This document shows, one piece after another, positions 29,280 through 40,869 of a stretch of 54,367 bases of DNA (within the stretch, counting starts at the first letter, position 1; each line of letters begins with the position of its first letter). The DNA comes from an uncultured Pseudomonadota bacterium (GTDB lineage: Bacteria > Pseudomonadota > Gammaproteobacteria > Burkholderiales > Eutrophovitaceae), in contig CAJXOL010000001.1 in the NCBI GenBank assembly GCA_913057675.1, positions 1 through 54,367 of the forward strand, given 5' to 3'. A program made the position numbers and the translations under genes. The notes beneath the pieces were generated by a model, which was given only the letters and a program-made list of their open reading frames with translations, searched no databases and had not been told where the DNA came from.

Positions 29280-31196
29280 TTAGGACTTCGATGGCGGCGG
29301 ATCCCCGAGATTTAAATCAATCGATGACAGATCAAATGGCTTAGTCAACGGCTGCTCTTTACTAGCAAATTTACCATCGGCATACCGCTCATCACTTGGA
29401 TTAATCAAATAGCCAAGTGCCACTAACCTCTCCCAGTAAGCACCCGTTTTATTAGTAATTTTAGAAACAACGTGCGCAATCTCATCAAATAAGACCAAAT
29501 TTTTCTGTCCCGAATAAACCTCTGCCAGTTTAAGCAACACATCGAGTCTCTCAGGCTCAAGTACCAAAACCTCCTTCAGTATTTTTTCTGCCTGAGGGTA
29601 ACGGCCATAAGCAAGAAAAATATCAGCATCTTCAATAGGGTCCTGGTTACGAAGTGCACTACTGCCCACATCATCGACACGCATCTCGCCAGCAGTAACG
29701 ATAGATGGATTCACACCATCCGCCACCGCGCTATCCAACTGGTGCTTATCTTGGCGCACGTCATCCTCACTATCCATCCGATTTAAACGTTTGGAAACCC
29801 ATAAACCAATGATAAGTAGGAGTGCGACTGGGATAAAAAGGTATAAAGGCTGAGCTAAAATCATTTGAATTAGCTTAGCCTGCCAGGCTAGTCCGGTTTC
29901 TCGGGTAACAGGAGCTTCCTGCACTGAGATCGCCTCAGGAGGGTCCGCAACATCGAGCCCTGAGAGCCCTGTCTGTCGTTTTTGGGTCAACAATTTAAGG
30001 TTAGCAATTATTTTTTCAAGATCATCCGCTCGTCTATTTTGTTCTTCTAATGCCTTCTCTGTAGCAAGCAGCCGCTCTTGCAATTCCGCCAGTGCCGAAG
30101 TGTCAGGATCATTGCCTTTGGAAATTTTAACCACATGGGAACTCTGAGAACTGTCATCAATGCTGACTCGATCGGCAGCAGCCCCAACACGACCCGAATC
30201 CGCTTGGCCTGATTGATTGACGATACTTTGCCCCTGATCGGCAGCTTGAGCGGCAAGATTATCTCGGTAAGTACGCCAGTCCGCCATTTGTATTCGGATC
30301 TCGTTGCGCGCCTCCGAAGGAGAAATGGTTTGCAATTCATTATCAGCCGGAATCCGAATCACATTTCCCGCTCGGAGACGGTTCATGTTATCGGCTACAA
30401 ATGCCTCTCTGTTTTTTCGAAAAATACCGACTAACATTTGCTCAAGTGAAAACCCAGATAGCCCCTCTTGCTGAGCAATTTTTGTCAATGTATCACCCGA
30501 GCGCACGACAATCTGCCGCACAGCTTTAGGCTCGGACAGGGCGGCAACTACTTCTTCTGTCGGAGTGTCTTCTTCTGAGTCAACGAATTTAGGCAGACTC
30601 TCTGCACTCATTGATAATGAATCAACTTCATACCGCACAGAATCACTGGCATCGCCTGCTATCTCAGATTGGTTTGCAACAACTTCAGGTCTAATGTCCG
30701 AGGACTTAGGACCGTCGATGAAGGAGGTCTCCTCCAACGGGGGAAGAGAGCGACGTTCCCCAACAAGCAATGGGGGATCAATAAACGCGACATAAGTGCG
30801 ACTTACTTTTTCTCCTGAACTAACCAGATCAACTTGCAAATCAATAACTACTTCGTTAACAACATCTTCCGTTGACAAATAAACTATTGCGCCTTTGGTG
30901 GTGTTTTCGAAGCGCAAATTAATTCTCGAAATCAAATCATTGTAAATAAGGCCCAGCACGTCATAGGACGACGGCGATGCCATTGAGACGGTAACAGACT
31001 GAGCATCCAGCTCTGCGGCGTCATAGATCACAATAGATGCCTTTAATGGCTCGCCAAGAGCTGAGTCGACCGATAAAGGGCCCATGCGAACCGCATGAGC
31101 CGTTAGGCCCGTAAGAACAAGGGCCAAAGCTACAATTACTCGGGTAACATACGTGATCTTTTTAAACAAGTTTACTAACCCCTCTAGTCGTTTCAT
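29280..31196 (-). CDS. fimV: FimV-family peptidoglycan-binding protein (LysM, TM, C-terminal TPR-like region)
   Basis: 638 aa. Signal/anchor followed by the FimV N-domain (GPLSVDSALGEPLKASI), then an acidic linker. LysM motif (VVRSGDTLTKIAQQ...RLRAGNVIRIP), a coiled coil, an internal TM and a C-terminal TPR-like tail follow. Conserved slot between asd and truA. Confidence 0.75.
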   Translation of the reverse strand: MKRLEGLVNLFKKITYVTRVIVALALVLTGLTAHAVRMGPLSVDSALGEPLKASIVIYDAAELDAQSVTVSMASPSSYDVLGLIYNDLISRINLRFENTTKGAIVYLSTEDVVNEVVIDLQVDLVSSGEKVSRTYVAFIDPPLLVGERRSLPPLEETSFIDGPKSSDIRPEVVANQSEIAGDASDSVRYEVDSLSMSAESLPKFVDSEEDTPTEEVVAALSEPKAVRQIVVRSGDTLTKIAQQEGLSGFSLEQMLVGIFRKNREAFVADNMNRLRAGNVIRIPADNELQTISPSEARNEIRIQMADWRTYRDNLAAQAADQGQSIVNQSGQADSGRVGAAADRVSIDDSSQSSHVVKISKGNDPDTSALAELQERLLATEKALEEQNRRADDLEKIIANLKLLTQKRQTGLSGLDVADPPEAISVQEAPVTRETGLAWQAKLIQMILAQPLYLFIPVALLLIIGLWVSKRLNRMDSEDDVRQDKHQLDSAVADGVNPSIVTAGEMRVDDVGSSALRNQDPIEDADIFLAYGRYPQAEKILKEVLVLEPERLDVLLKLAEVYSGQKNLVLFDEIAHVVSKITNKTGAYWERLVALGYLINPSDERYADGKFASKEQPLTKPFDLSSIDLNLGDPPPSKS

Positions 31197-31237
31197 GCCC
31201 TTACCAACTTCAGAATAGCATGCCGAGTTTTTGATCT

Positions 31238-32362
31238 CTATTCCTCTCGATCAATCAAAATACGCAGCATTCGTCTCAGAGGCTCAGCAGCCCCCCAAAG
31301 CAATTGGTCACCCACAGTGAACGCTGAATATACGTTATCAGCAAGACTTAGTTTTCTAATTCGTCCAATTGGGACATTTAGAGTCCGGGTAACATTGGTC
31401 GGCGAAAGCATAGAAATTGTGGATGCTTTTTCATTTGGGACCACGGACACCCAATCGTTAGCTTGGTTTAAAATATTTTCCACCTCAGACTCCGAAACCG
31501 ATTTAGAGAGCTTAAAAGTCAAGGCTTGGCTATGACACCTCATTGCTCCCACTCTGACACAAATTCCCTCAATGGCAATTGGATTTTCTTCTCTACGTAG
31601 TATTTTGTTAGTCTCCGCTTGAGCCTTCCACTCCTCTTTGCTCTGTCCATTGCCCATGTCAGAATCTATCCATGGGATAAGGCTTCCAGCTAGAGGGGCG
31701 CCAAAGTGCTCAGTCGGAAAATCATGAGCCCTCATACGATCAAGCACGAGCGCATCAATGTTCAAAATTTGCCCTGAAGACAAGGTCAACTCATTTTCAG
31801 CAGCATCGTAAATTGAACCCATCTGCTGTATTAATTCACGCATATTTTGAGCTCCCGCACCTGAAGCAGCCTGATACGTCATCGTAGAAATCCAGTCAAT
31901 CAATCCTTCTTGGAACAACCCGTGCATTGCAAGCATCATGAGACTCGTCGTGCAATTACCACCAATAAAATCCTTTTTACCGCTACCTAATGCAACGTCG
32001 ATATCACTGCCATTAATCGGATCCAGAATAATTACAGCGTCTGAAGTCATGCGAAGCGTCGATGCCGCATCTATCCAATAACCCGACCACCCTGATTCTC
32101 GCAGGGGTCCATGCACCCGCTTCGTGTAATCACCGCCCTGGCAGGAAATAATGACGTCCATCTCTGACAACTGATTCAGATTGTTCGCATCATATAAAAC
32201 AACCTCTGCGCGTCCCATCGGAACGGCTGACTGACCCGCCTGAGATGTACTGAAAAATGACGGGGTTATCTCATCAAAATCCTTCTCAGCGCTCATACGT
32301 TGCATGAGTACAGAGCCCACCATTCCTCTCCAACCAACCAATCCTACTTGCATTTTCATCAA
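31238..32362 (-). CDS. asd: Aspartate-semialdehyde dehydrogenase
   Basis: 374 aa with GLVGWRGMVGSVLMQRM N-terminus, as in E. coli Asd. The exact start among the three N-terminal Met codons is uncertain. Confidence 0.95.
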   Translation of the reverse strand: MMKMQVGLVGWRGMVGSVLMQRMSAEKDFDEITPSFFSTSQAGQSAVPMGRAEVVLYDANNLNQLSEMDVIISCQGGDYTKRVHGPLRESGWSGYWIDAASTLRMTSDAVIILDPINGSDIDVALGSGKKDFIGGNCTTSLMMLAMHGLFQEGLIDWISTMTYQAASGAGAQNMRELIQQMGSIYDAAENELTLSSGQILNIDALVLDRMRAHDFPTEHFGAPLAGSLIPWIDSDMGNGQSKEEWKAQAETNKILRREENPIAIEGICVRVGAMRCHSQALTFKLSKSVSESEVENILNQANDWVSVVPNEKASTISMLSPTNVTRTLNVPIGRIRKLSLADNVYSAFTVGDQLLWGAAEPLRRMLRILIDREE

Positions 32363-32376
32363 CCCTTAATCAGATA

Positions 32377-33441
32377 CTACATCGCTCGAATAACCGCATC
32401 ACCCATCTCACGCGTGCCCACACGTTGAGCGCCCTCTTGGAAGATATCTGCTGTCCTGAAACCTTGAGCAAGAACAGACTTTACAGCCGACTCAACACGC
32501 GTAGACGCTTCGATTTCGTTAAAGGTGTATTTCAACATCATCGACACCGATAAGATCGTTGCTAACGGATTGGCGACATTCCTGCCCGAGATGTCCGGCG
32601 CAGACCCATGGATAGGTTCGAATAACCCTTTACGATTAACATCCATTGACGCTGAAGGAAGCATCCCTATTGACCCAGTTAGCATTGACGCCTCATCGGA
32701 TAAAATATCGCCAAAAATGTTTCCAGTTAAAATCACATCAAATTGCTTAGGCTCTCGGACTAATTGCATTGCCGCATTGTCCACATACATGTGGCTCAAT
32801 TCAACAGACGGATACTCTGCAGCAATTTTCGTAACAACTTCTCTCCAAAGAATACTCGTGTCCAAGACATTCGCTTTATCCACCGAACACAACTTACGAC
32901 TGCGTTTCTCAGCTATCTCAAAAGCTACCCGAGCAATCCTCTCGATCTCAGATACCGAGTACTTCATCGTATCGAATCCCTCTTCCTCACCGGACTCGGT
33001 TTGGCGTCGACCGCGCGGTTGCCCAAAGTATATATCCCCCGTCAACTCGCGCAAAATCATAAGGTCGAGGCCCTCGACCAATTCATACTTTAAGCTGGAA
33101 GCTGTGGCCAATTCAGGATAGACCACTGCGGGACGAAGATTGGCAAACAAACCCAACTCTTTACGGATACGCAACAACCCCTGCTCAGGTCTCATTGCAC
33201 GAGGCAGCACATCGTATTTAGGCCCGCCAACCGCTCCAAGAAGCACTGCATCCGCCTCCCTAGCCAAGGCAACAGTTCCCTCCGGCAAAGGATCTCCAGC
33301 CTCATCGTATCCAGCGCCACCAATGGCTCCCGCCTCATACTCAATAGCCATACCGTCAGTCTTCAATACGTCGAGTACGCGCAACGCTTGATCAATTATC
33401 TCAGGACCAATCCCATCCCCTGGAAGCACTGCTATCTTCAT
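32377..33441 (-). CDS. leuB: 3-isopropylmalate dehydrogenase
   Basis: Canonical N-terminus [15 protein letters not shown] begins at the ATG at 33441. The ORF-track start at 33453 adds MGIC. Confidence 0.96.
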   Translation of the reverse strand: MKIAVLPGDGIGPEIIDQALRVLDVLKTDGMAIEYEAGAIGGAGYDEAGDPLPEGTVALAREADAVLLGAVGGPKYDVLPRAMRPEQGLLRIRKELGLFANLRPAVVYPELATASSLKYELVEGLDLMILRELTGDIYFGQPRGRRQTESGEEEGFDTMKYSVSEIERIARVAFEIAEKRSRKLCSVDKANVLDTSILWREVVTKIAAEYPSVELSHMYVDNAAMQLVREPKQFDVILTGNIFGDILSDEASMLTGSIGMLPSASMDVNRKGLFEPIHGSAPDISGRNVANPLATILSVSMMLKYTFNEIEASTRVESAVKSVLAQGFRTADIFQEGAQRVGTREMGDAVIRAM

Positions 33442-33520
33442 GCATATCCCCAAATTTTTTTTAGTAAGTTAAAGCATCAATAGATTTTTTTGCCCATTGA
33501 CTCAGTAGGAACTTTCAAGC

Positions 33521-34162
33521 TTAGTTAAATAACCACGGTTGATTTAATTGATGCTGGGCTTCAAATTGTTTAATTTCATCAACGTGCTGCAACGTTAGGC
33601 CAATGTCGTCTAACCCATTTAATAGGCAATGCTTACGAAATGGATCAATGTCGAAATTAAAGCTTTTGCTTTCGTCCATCGTTGCTACTCGCTGATTTTC
33701 TAAATCAACCGTTACCTTAAACCCAGCAAAACCAAACACACTGTGAAACAAGGTGTCCACCTCAGCCTCTGAAAGCACAATAGGCAGGAGCCCATTTTTT
33801 AATGAATTATTAAAAAATATTTCACCAAAACTAGGAGCAATGACAGCCTTAAACCCATAATCCGTTAACGCCCATGGCGCATGTTCTCGCGAAGAGCCAC
33901 AACCAAAATTCTTTCGTCCGATTAAAATAGATGCTCCCTGATATCGGGGTTCATTCAAAATGAAATCGGGATTGGGCCGTCTTTTTGCCAGCGGGACTCC
34001 AGGTTGACCAACATCCAAGAATCTCCAAGCATCAAACAAATTTACACCAAAACCAGAACGTTTGATCGACTTAAGAAACTGTTTTGGAATAATAGCGTCC
34101 GTGTCGACGTTGGCACGATCTAGGGGGGCAACGAGTCCTTCGTAAGAGGTAAATTTTTCCAT
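33521..34162 (-). CDS. leuD: 3-isopropylmalate dehydratase small subunit
   Basis: 213 aa LeuD/aconitase swivel domain ([15 protein letters not shown]). Confidence 0.95.
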   Translation of the reverse strand: MEKFTSYEGLVAPLDRANVDTDAIIPKQFLKSIKRSGFGVNLFDAWRFLDVGQPGVPLAKRRPNPDFILNEPRYQGASILIGRKNFGCGSSREHAPWALTDYGFKAVIAPSFGEIFFNNSLKNGLLPIVLSEAEVDTLFHSVFGFAGFKVTVDLENQRVATMDESKSFNFDIDPFRKHCLLNGLDDIGLTLQHVDEIKQFEAQHQLNQPWLFN

Positions 34163-34196
34163 GGCTTACTCTGTTCAGTTATTAAACGTTAAATAT

Positions 34197-35612
34197 TTAT
34201 GTGCTCATGATGCTACGCACATCGACAAAAGCACCGGCTATTGCTGCACTCGCAGCCATAGCCGGACTCACGAGATGAGTCCGTCCGCCTGCGCCTTGGC
34301 GGCCTTCAAAGTTGCGATTAGATGTCGAGGCGCATCTTTCCCCTGACTCAAGTCGATCATTATTCATCGCAAGACACATGGAACAACCCGGCTGTCGCCA
34401 TTCAAATCCAGCAGCAATAAAAATCTTATCTAATCCCTCCTTTTCTGCTTGCGCCTTAACAAGACCAGAACCTGGCACGACCATAGCCAACTGAATATTT
34501 GACGCGACACACTTTCCTGCAACCACCTTTGCAGCAATCCGAAGATCCTCAATACGCGAATTGGTACAAGAGCCAATAAAAATTTTATCAACACGGATAT
34601 CTGTGATCCGGGTGTTCGGTTCTAATCCCATATACTTGAGCGCACGCTCAATACCTTCTCGCTTTTCTGCATCTTTTTCTTGATCAGGGTCTGGAACACG
34701 ACCATTAACATCCAGCACCATCTCAGGAGAGGTCCCCCATGTAACTTGCGGAATAAGCGCGCTACCGTCTAATGTAACAACCAAGTCAAACCCTGCACCT
34801 GGGTCAGATCTCAAAGTTCTCCAGTAAGTCACAGCTCGGTCCCAAAGATCACCAGTTGGCGCAAAAGTACGGCCCCGAAGATAATCGATCGTGATTTGGT
34901 CAACAGCTATCATTCCGGCTCGCGCCCCCGCCTCAATCGCCATATTGCACAAAGTCATCCGGCCCTCAACGGTTAACGATTCGATCGCGGGGCCGGCAAA
35001 CTCAATTGCATAGCCCGTCCCACCCGCAGTGCCAATTTTTCCAATGAGAGCAAGGGCAAGGTCCTTTGCACTAACTCCGGCATCAAGACTTCCCTCTACT
35101 CTAACCAGCATATTCTTCATCTTCTTTTGAACCAGACACTGACTAGCGAGTACGTGCTCTACTTCAGACGTACCAATTCCGTGCGCCAAACAGGCTAACG
35201 CGCCATGCGTACTCGTATGAGAGTCTCCACAAACAACCGTCATTCCTGGCAAAGTTGCGCCCTGCTCCGGCCCTATGACGTGAACGATACCCTGCCTTGG
35301 ATCAAGAAAAGGGAAATAAGCCTTAGATCCGTATTCCTTGATATTCTGATCAAGCGTATCAACTTGAAGCTTAGAAACAGGATCTTCTATGCCCTTATCC
35401 CAATCAGTAGTCGGCGTATTGTGGTCTGCAGTAGCGACTATTGAATCAACGCGCCAAGGACGACGTTTGGCAAGCTTCAATCCTTCATACGCCTGCGGAC
35501 TAGTCACCTCGTGTACCAAATGTCTGTCAATATAAATGAGAGCCGTACTGCCGTCGTCCTCAGTTCTAACGACGTGACTTTCCCAAAGTTTGTCATACAA
35601 GGTTTTCAACAT
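34197..35612 (-). CDS. leuC: 3-isopropylmalate dehydratase large subunit
   Basis: Canonical N-terminus [15 protein letters not shown] begins at the ATG at 35612, and the ORF track adds 12 residues. Fe-S ligand motifs GSCTNSR and CSMCLAMN are present. Confidence 0.96.
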   Translation of the reverse strand: MLKTLYDKLWESHVVRTEDDGSTALIYIDRHLVHEVTSPQAYEGLKLAKRRPWRVDSIVATADHNTPTTDWDKGIEDPVSKLQVDTLDQNIKEYGSKAYFPFLDPRQGIVHVIGPEQGATLPGMTVVCGDSHTSTHGALACLAHGIGTSEVEHVLASQCLVQKKMKNMLVRVEGSLDAGVSAKDLALALIGKIGTAGGTGYAIEFAGPAIESLTVEGRMTLCNMAIEAGARAGMIAVDQITIDYLRGRTFAPTGDLWDRAVTYWRTLRSDPGAGFDLVVTLDGSALIPQVTWGTSPEMVLDVNGRVPDPDQEKDAEKREGIERALKYMGLEPNTRITDIRVDKIFIGSCTNSRIEDLRIAAKVVAGKCVASNIQLAMVVPGSGLVKAQAEKEGLDKIFIAAGFEWRQPGCSMCLAMNNDRLESGERCASTSNRNFEGRQGAGGRTHLVSPAMAASAAIAGAFVDVRSIMST

Positions 35613-35698
35613 ACGGTTATACCTATTGGCTAACTTATCAAGACTCAAAGATGAGATTATGACACACAGATTGAGTCAAATCATAAGCCCTTAGGGGC

Positions 35699-36850
35699 CT
35701 AATCATCAAATCTATTACGAAGCCAGAGTATCAAAATAACTCCCAATAGGCTTGTAAGCGCAGACATAGCAAAGGTCGCCGCGCCGCCCCAAGTTTCCCA
35801 CACAATGCCAGAAACAAGCGTTCCTGATGCGCCTCCGGCACCAAAACCAACACTTGAGTAAAGCGCTTGACCTCTTGCTCTATACGCTCCTGTAAAAAAC
35901 TTGTTCGTGGCTGCAATGCCAGCGACGTGAAACATACCAAAAGTAATGGCATGCATGATTTGTGCTATGGCGAGCAATACTAGGCTATCGTGTCCAACAT
36001 AAACGAGAAAGAATCTACAAACTGCAACAAAAAAACAAAACAAGAAAAAGTCATTGATACTAAATCTTTTGAAAAGACGGGGCATCCATAAGAAAATAAA
36101 AATTTCGGCAATAACTGCGATCGCCCATAGCCAGCCAACTGTCGATTTACTATGGCCCAGATCAACAACAAAAATGGAAAAGAATGCGTTGTATGCCCCG
36201 TGAGCGAATTGCATAATAAAAAAACAAGCCATTAACGCAATGATCCGTTGATCCTTCAACAAATTAATGGGTTGCGCTACCTCATCGGCACGCGCTGATA
36301 GCGCGTGGTCGCGCGGAAGCATCAAAATAGCACCCAAGATAATCACCAGCATGACGCAAATAATCCAGTCCAAATAAAGGATGTCTAACCATTCAAAGAG
36401 GTAACCTCCACTGACCACCACCAAAATAAACCCTATCGAGCCCCAAACACGAACCTGCCCATAGGTCGATATTTCTTCTCCCAAAGCCTCCACACAGAGA
36501 GCCTCAGCAATGGGAAGAATTCCTGACCAAAGAAGACCCCAAATAATTAATACGCCTGCGACTGAAAAAAATGATCCTTTCGCAATCATGAATGCGAAAA
36601 GTGCTGGGCTAATAAGCGCAAGAATCCTAAGGAGTTTATATTTATGCCCCCAATGATCCGCTAACCAGGCCCAAAAGAAGGGGACGAGAATTCTTAAGGT
36701 AGGACTGATACCCAATAAGACGGCGATTTCAAGAGGGGCAAAACCTCGCTTTTGAAGATACAAAGAAAAGAAGGGCGCAAAGGCACCTACAAAGGCAAAG
36801 TACCAAAAGTAAAAATTTGATAAACGACCAAACAAAGATGTCATAGGCAA
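35699..36850 (-). CDS. MFS transporter (HcaT / PPP-family-like)
   Basis: 383 aa with about 12 predicted TM helices. The N-terminus (LSNFYFWYFAFVGAFAPFFSLYLQKRGF) resembles the MFS_1_like / 3-phenylpropionate-transporter family. Substrate unknown. Confidence 0.7.
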   Translation of the reverse strand: MPMTSLFGRLSNFYFWYFAFVGAFAPFFSLYLQKRGFAPLEIAVLLGISPTLRILVPFFWAWLADHWGHKYKLLRILALISPALFAFMIAKGSFFSVAGVLIIWGLLWSGILPIAEALCVEALGEEISTYGQVRVWGSIGFILVVVSGGYLFEWLDILYLDWIICVMLVIILGAILMLPRDHALSARADEVAQPINLLKDQRIIALMACFFIMQFAHGAYNAFFSIFVVDLGHSKSTVGWLWAIAVIAEIFIFLWMPRLFKRFSINDFFLFCFFVAVCRFFLVYVGHDSLVLLAIAQIMHAITFGMFHVAGIAATNKFFTGAYRARGQALYSSVGFGAGGASGTLVSGIVWETWGGAATFAMSALTSLLGVILILWLRNRFDD

Positions 36851-36926
36851 TCAAGCACCGTCAAGCATCCCTAGTGCGCAGAGTTGATAAGTCGAACCGA
36901 AAGGCTCAGAACCAAATCTTTAAACG

Positions 36927-38036
36927 TCAATCAACTGCACGGTTTTGGATAGCTATTTTTGGCGTGGTAGTTTTGACATCTGCATTTTGACCTCGATGCC
37001 GTAACGCATGATCAATAAGAACCAGAGCAACCATAGCCTCTGCAATGGGCGTTGCCCTAATCCCCACACACGGGTCATGTCGCCCGTAAGTATTCACAGT
37101 AACCGAAGACCCTTCTTTATCAATCGATTGACGATCTAGACGAATACTCGACGTGGGCTTTATCGCAATTCTAGTGACCACGTCCTGACCAGTTGATATT
37201 CCGCCAAGCACACCCCCTGAATGATTACTTAAAAACCCGCCGGGGCTCATCTGATCACTGTGAGTCGTACCTGATTGAACTACAGACTCAAACCCATCAC
37301 CAATCTCAACTCCCTTTACCGCATTGATTCCCATTAGAGCTCCAGCAAGATCCGCATCAAGTTTATTAAAAACCGGTTCGCCCCAGCCGACTGGCACACC
37401 ACTCGCCACCACAGTTATCTTCGCACCACAAGAATCACCGGATTTCCTCAATTGGTCCATGTATTGTTCGAGTTCGGGCACAATTGCTGGATCAGGTGAA
37501 AAAAATGGATTTTGATCAACGCTATCCCACGTCTTAAAATCAATTTTGACTGAGCCAATTTGAGACATGCATCCCCGCACCTCTACTTGATAACGTTCTC
37601 GTAGCCATTTTTTCGCAATTGCACCAGCCGCCACTCTAGCTGCGGTCTCCCGAGCTGACGACCGCCCACCGCCTCTGAAATCACGTTCCCCATATTTTTG
37701 CCAGTATGTGTAGTCAGCATGCCCAGGACGAAACTGCTCAGCTATATTGCCGTAATCCTTCGATCGCTGGTCAATGTTACGGATAAGAAGTGCTATAGGA
37801 ACTCCAGTTGTGCGGCCTTCAAAAACTCCAGACAAAATCTCAACCGTATCAGGCTCTCTTCTTTGCGTGACATGACGCGAAGTACCAGGTCTTCTTCGAT
37901 CCAGCTCTTTTTGTATGTCTTCCTCACAAATGCTCAAGCCAGGCGGACACCCATCGACTACGCATCCAATAGCGGGGCCATGACTCTCTCCAAAAGAAGT
38001 CACGCAGAAAAATGTTCCTAGTGTGTTACCAGCCAT
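36927..38036 (-). CDS. aroC: Chorismate synthase
   Basis: 369 aa with N-terminus [33 protein letters not shown] and later GRHDPCV motif. Confidence 0.96.
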   Translation of the reverse strand: MAGNTLGTFFCVTSFGESHGPAIGCVVDGCPPGLSICEEDIQKELDRRRPGTSRHVTQRREPDTVEILSGVFEGRTTGVPIALLIRNIDQRSKDYGNIAEQFRPGHADYTYWQKYGERDFRGGGRSSARETAARVAAGAIAKKWLRERYQVEVRGCMSQIGSVKIDFKTWDSVDQNPFFSPDPAIVPELEQYMDQLRKSGDSCGAKITVVASGVPVGWGEPVFNKLDADLAGALMGINAVKGVEIGDGFESVVQSGTTHSDQMSPGGFLSNHSGGVLGGISTGQDVVTRIAIKPTSSIRLDRQSIDKEGSSVTVNTYGRHDPCVGIRATPIAEAMVALVLIDHALRHRGQNADVKTTTPKIAIQNRAVD

Positions 38037-38199
38037 GATCAGATCAACACAATTATCAATGAATAAATAAAAACAAAATTCAGTTTAACACACCACCCGC
38101 CTCCGAATGATCAGGAAAATGAGTGCTGGCTTGGAAATTAGTTGATAAACTTATGCGTCTAAACATTAAGTGGCTAAAACCCAATAACGAGGAATATCG

Positions 38200-38994
38200 A
38201 TGCGATCATACCTTGACCTCATGAAACACATTCGTGATAACGGGACTCCCAAAGGGGACCGAACCGGAACCGGAACATTAAGTGTGTTTGGGGCCCAATT
38301 ACGCTTCGACCTCAATGAAGGCTTTCCGCTACTGACCACGAAAAAGGTTCACTTAAAATCGATCATCCACGAATTACTGTGGTTCCTAAGTGGTGACACC
38401 AACACCAAGTACCTCAAAGACAATGGCGTGACCATCTGGGATGAATGGGCAGACGAAAATGGAAATCTAGGCCCAGTCTATGGCCACCAATGGCGTTCAT
38501 GGCCAACTCCCAACGGAAACCACATCGATCAAATTGAAAAAGTGATTCAAGATATCAAGGAAAATCCAAATTCACGTCGCCTCATCGTTTCTGCTTGGAA
38601 CGTCGGCGAGATTGATAAAATGGCTTTGCCGCCGTGCCATACTTTTTTCCAGTTTTATGTTGCAGATGGGAAATTATCTTGTCAACTCTACCAACGAAGT
38701 GCAGACTTTTTCCTTGGCGTTCCCTTCAATATAGCGTCATATGCTTTATTGAATATGCTGGTTGCTCAGGTGTGCGGCCTTCAGGTAGGCGACTTCGTGC
38801 ACACTTTTGGTGATTGCCACTTGTACATTAATCACCTAGATCAAACCAATGAACAACTTTCCCGCACCCCTCGCACACCACCCAAAATGAATATCAACAA
38901 AAATATCAAAAATATTTTTGATTTTAGTTATACAGATTTTAATCTTGAGGACTACGATCCGGCCCCCCCGATCAAAGCTCCTGTCGCAATATAG
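38200..38994 (+). CDS. thyA: Thymidylate synthase (ThyA type)
   Basis: 264 aa with [11 protein letters not shown]...GDRTGTGT and active-site [13 protein letters not shown]. Confidence 0.97.
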   Translation: MRSYLDLMKHIRDNGTPKGDRTGTGTLSVFGAQLRFDLNEGFPLLTTKKVHLKSIIHELLWFLSGDTNTKYLKDNGVTIWDEWADENGNLGPVYGHQWRSWPTPNGNHIDQIEKVIQDIKENPNSRRLIVSAWNVGEIDKMALPPCHTFFQFYVADGKLSCQLYQRSADFFLGVPFNIASYALLNMLVAQVCGLQVGDFVHTFGDCHLYINHLDQTNEQLSRTPRTPPKMNINKNIKNIFDFSYTDFNLEDYDPAPPIKAPVAI

Positions 38995-39007
38995 TTAGGA
39001 GAACCCG

Positions 39008-39499
39008 ATGGGCATAACAATCATTGTTGCTAAAGCCAAAAATGGAACTATTGGCAATAACGGCACACTGCCATGGCATCTGTCAGCAGACCTCAAGCGG
39101 TTCAAACGGTTAACCACTGGGAACACAGTAATCATGGGAAGAAAGACCTGGGACTCAATAGGGAGGCCACTTCCCAATCGGAACAATATAGTGATAACCC
39201 GATCAGCACACTTATCCCTTAATGGGGCCAAAACCGCCTCGACTCTCGAGGAAGCGATTCACATGGCGCCTGAGGGATTGGAAAAATTTATCATTGGTGG
39301 GGCTGAAATTTATAAACTTGCGCTACCGCTGATTAATACAATCGAGATGACTGTGATTGACAAAGAGGTCGCGGGGGACACTTATTTTCCCGACATTGAT
39401 TTCACGAGTTGGGAAGAGGTGAGTAACACGCTACATCATGACGAAACATCTGATTTTTCCTACTCATTCGTCACGTATCAAAGAATGATGGCGCGCTAA
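39008..39499 (+). CDS. folA: Dihydrofolate reductase
   Basis: 163 aa with IVAKAKNGTIGNNGTLPWHL...VIMGRKTW and GGAEIY motifs. Lies 13 nt downstream of thyA. Confidence 0.93.
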   Translation: MGITIIVAKAKNGTIGNNGTLPWHLSADLKRFKRLTTGNTVIMGRKTWDSIGRPLPNRNNIVITRSAHLSLNGAKTASTLEEAIHMAPEGLEKFIIGGAEIYKLALPLINTIEMTVIDKEVAGDTYFPDIDFTSWEEVSNTLHHDETSDFSYSFVTYQRMMAR

Positions 39500-39519
39500 C
39501 TCGAAGAAATGAAGTGAGC

Positions 39520-40701
39520 CTACTCGTTAATCACGAGCACCCGAGGTAAGGGAAAGCCATTGAACTCGTTTGCATACACCGTGGTGTAAGCACCCGCATT
39601 AGGGAAATATAAAAGATCACCTTCAGTTGTGGTGGCCGGTAACATTTGCTCCCGACCCAGCACATCCACTGAGTCACAGCTCGGCCCTGCCACATACCAT
39701 GCGACATCATTACCCACCTTGTTGTTGACCTCAATCTCATATTGAATACCCTGCGTGCACTCCATAAGCCCGCCAAATACACCAGCATCCAAATACATCC
39801 ACCTTTCATCTCCCCTGGTCGCCGTTCCAATAACTTGGCACACGAAGTAAGCTGCATCGGACACCATGTATCGTCCAGGCTCTGACGTAACTCGAACCGT
39901 CTCGCCAATGCCGTCAAGCGCATTTTCAATGGCGCGACCAATATACTCAATTGATGGTATTGGTTTTGTGAGACGAACCGGGTAACCACCACCGACATTT
40001 AACAATTCAGGCTTTAAACCTTTAGCCTGCATATTTTTAAAAATACGCTTTGCGGTTTCAATCGCTTTATTCCAATTCTCAATATTTCGACATTGAGAAC
40101 CCACGTGAAAAGTCACGCCACAAAGGTCAGCACCCAACTCAACTGCCGCATCTAAAATACTGTCCACATCTCTAGGTTTAACACCAAACTTATCCGACAG
40201 CGGCCAATCGCTGCCAATATTAGGCGTATCGAAACGTAAATATAATTTTGCATCGGGGACTAAGGTGTGGATCTTTGCGAGCTCTTCTTCGCTATCTAAG
40301 ACGAACCACCGCACCCCTTTATTCGCCGCATATCGAATGAAGGAACTAGGCTTTACTGGGTTACTGTATTGAATCGTGGAGGGATCTACGTCAATGGATA
40401 GCAGCAAATCCAGCTCTTGTATCGATGCGATCTCGAATTGACACCCTTCGCTTTTTAGGGCTCGTAGCACCCGTATATCTGGATTAGCTTTAACTGCATA
40501 GTGAGGTGTGACGCTAGGCATTGCTGACTGTAAACGATGATATTTTTGACGAACAATATCAAGATCTAAAATCAAGACAGGTTGGTCGTATCCATCCCTT
40601 AGAAGTTCGTCGACACGCGCCACATCGAGTCTCACCTCCTCGTGTGAATCAAATAAACTTTCCAATTCAACCTGCTGATTGAGCGCTGCTTGGATGGTCA
40701 T
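39520..40701 (-). CDS. PLP-dependent ornithine (or lysine/ornithine) decarboxylase, alanine-racemase-fold (eukaryotic-type ODC family)
   Basis: PLP-lysine motif HYAVKANP, GGGYP glycine loop and substrate motif GPSCDSVD. I prefer the ATG at 40701 (MTIQAAL...). The ORF track uses a TTG at 40713. Confidence 0.85.
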   Translation of the reverse strand: MTIQAALNQQVELESLFDSHEEVRLDVARVDELLRDGYDQPVLILDLDIVRQKYHRLQSAMPSVTPHYAVKANPDIRVLRALKSEGCQFEIASIQELDLLLSIDVDPSTIQYSNPVKPSSFIRYAANKGVRWFVLDSEEELAKIHTLVPDAKLYLRFDTPNIGSDWPLSDKFGVKPRDVDSILDAAVELGADLCGVTFHVGSQCRNIENWNKAIETAKRIFKNMQAKGLKPELLNVGGGYPVRLTKPIPSIEYIGRAIENALDGIGETVRVTSEPGRYMVSDAAYFVCQVIGTATRGDERWMYLDAGVFGGLMECTQGIQYEIEVNNKVGNDVAWYVAGPSCDSVDVLGREQMLPATTTEGDLLYFPNAGAYTTVYANEFNGFPLPRVLVINE

Positions 40702-40841
40702 ATTATTTCCCAAAAAAATACACCACAGTGATTCACCAGCGAAGAAAAAATCCCCGCTCCTATCAAAGCTTTTTCAAGTCACACTCGCCATGTATCCCTT
40801 TCACACAGCCACGGATAAGAATATGTAATTTGAACCGCGCA

Positions 40842-40869
40842 ATTATAGGCACTCTCGAACAAGAATCAA
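40842..40869 (-). promoter_or_regulatory. Near-consensus sigma-70 promoter upstream of the decarboxylase
   Basis: On the minus strand, TTGATT (40869-40864), N16, TATAAT (40847-40842). This predicts a 5' leader of roughly 130 nt. Confidence 0.4.

Noticed and set aside
32615-32623. GGTTCGAAT tRNA T-loop-like string
   Set aside because: It lies inside the leuB coding sequence. The flanking bases cannot form a T-stem and no acceptor or anticodon arms are present.
32525-33121. 198-aa ORF antisense to leuB, plus a nested 109-aa ORF at 32764-33093
   Set aside because: It is long, but fully embedded opposite a highly conserved enzyme gene. It is Ser/Ile/Asn-rich, has no motifs and no upstream Shine-Dalgarno or promoter space. 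This is a shadow frame of a codon-biased gene.
35690-35701. GCCC-CTAA-GGGC mini-hairpin overlapping the MFS stop codon, and a possible leucine leader upstream of leuC
   Set aside because: The stem is only 4 bp. No Leu-rich leader peptide or terminator/antiterminator pair is visible in the 86-nt spacer.
39531-39998. 155-aa same-strand alternative-frame ORF inside the decarboxylase gene
   Set aside because: The translation is rich in W/R/C/M and looks non-protein-like. It has no independent start context. An overlapping gene cannot be excluded without conservation analysis, but nothing supports one.
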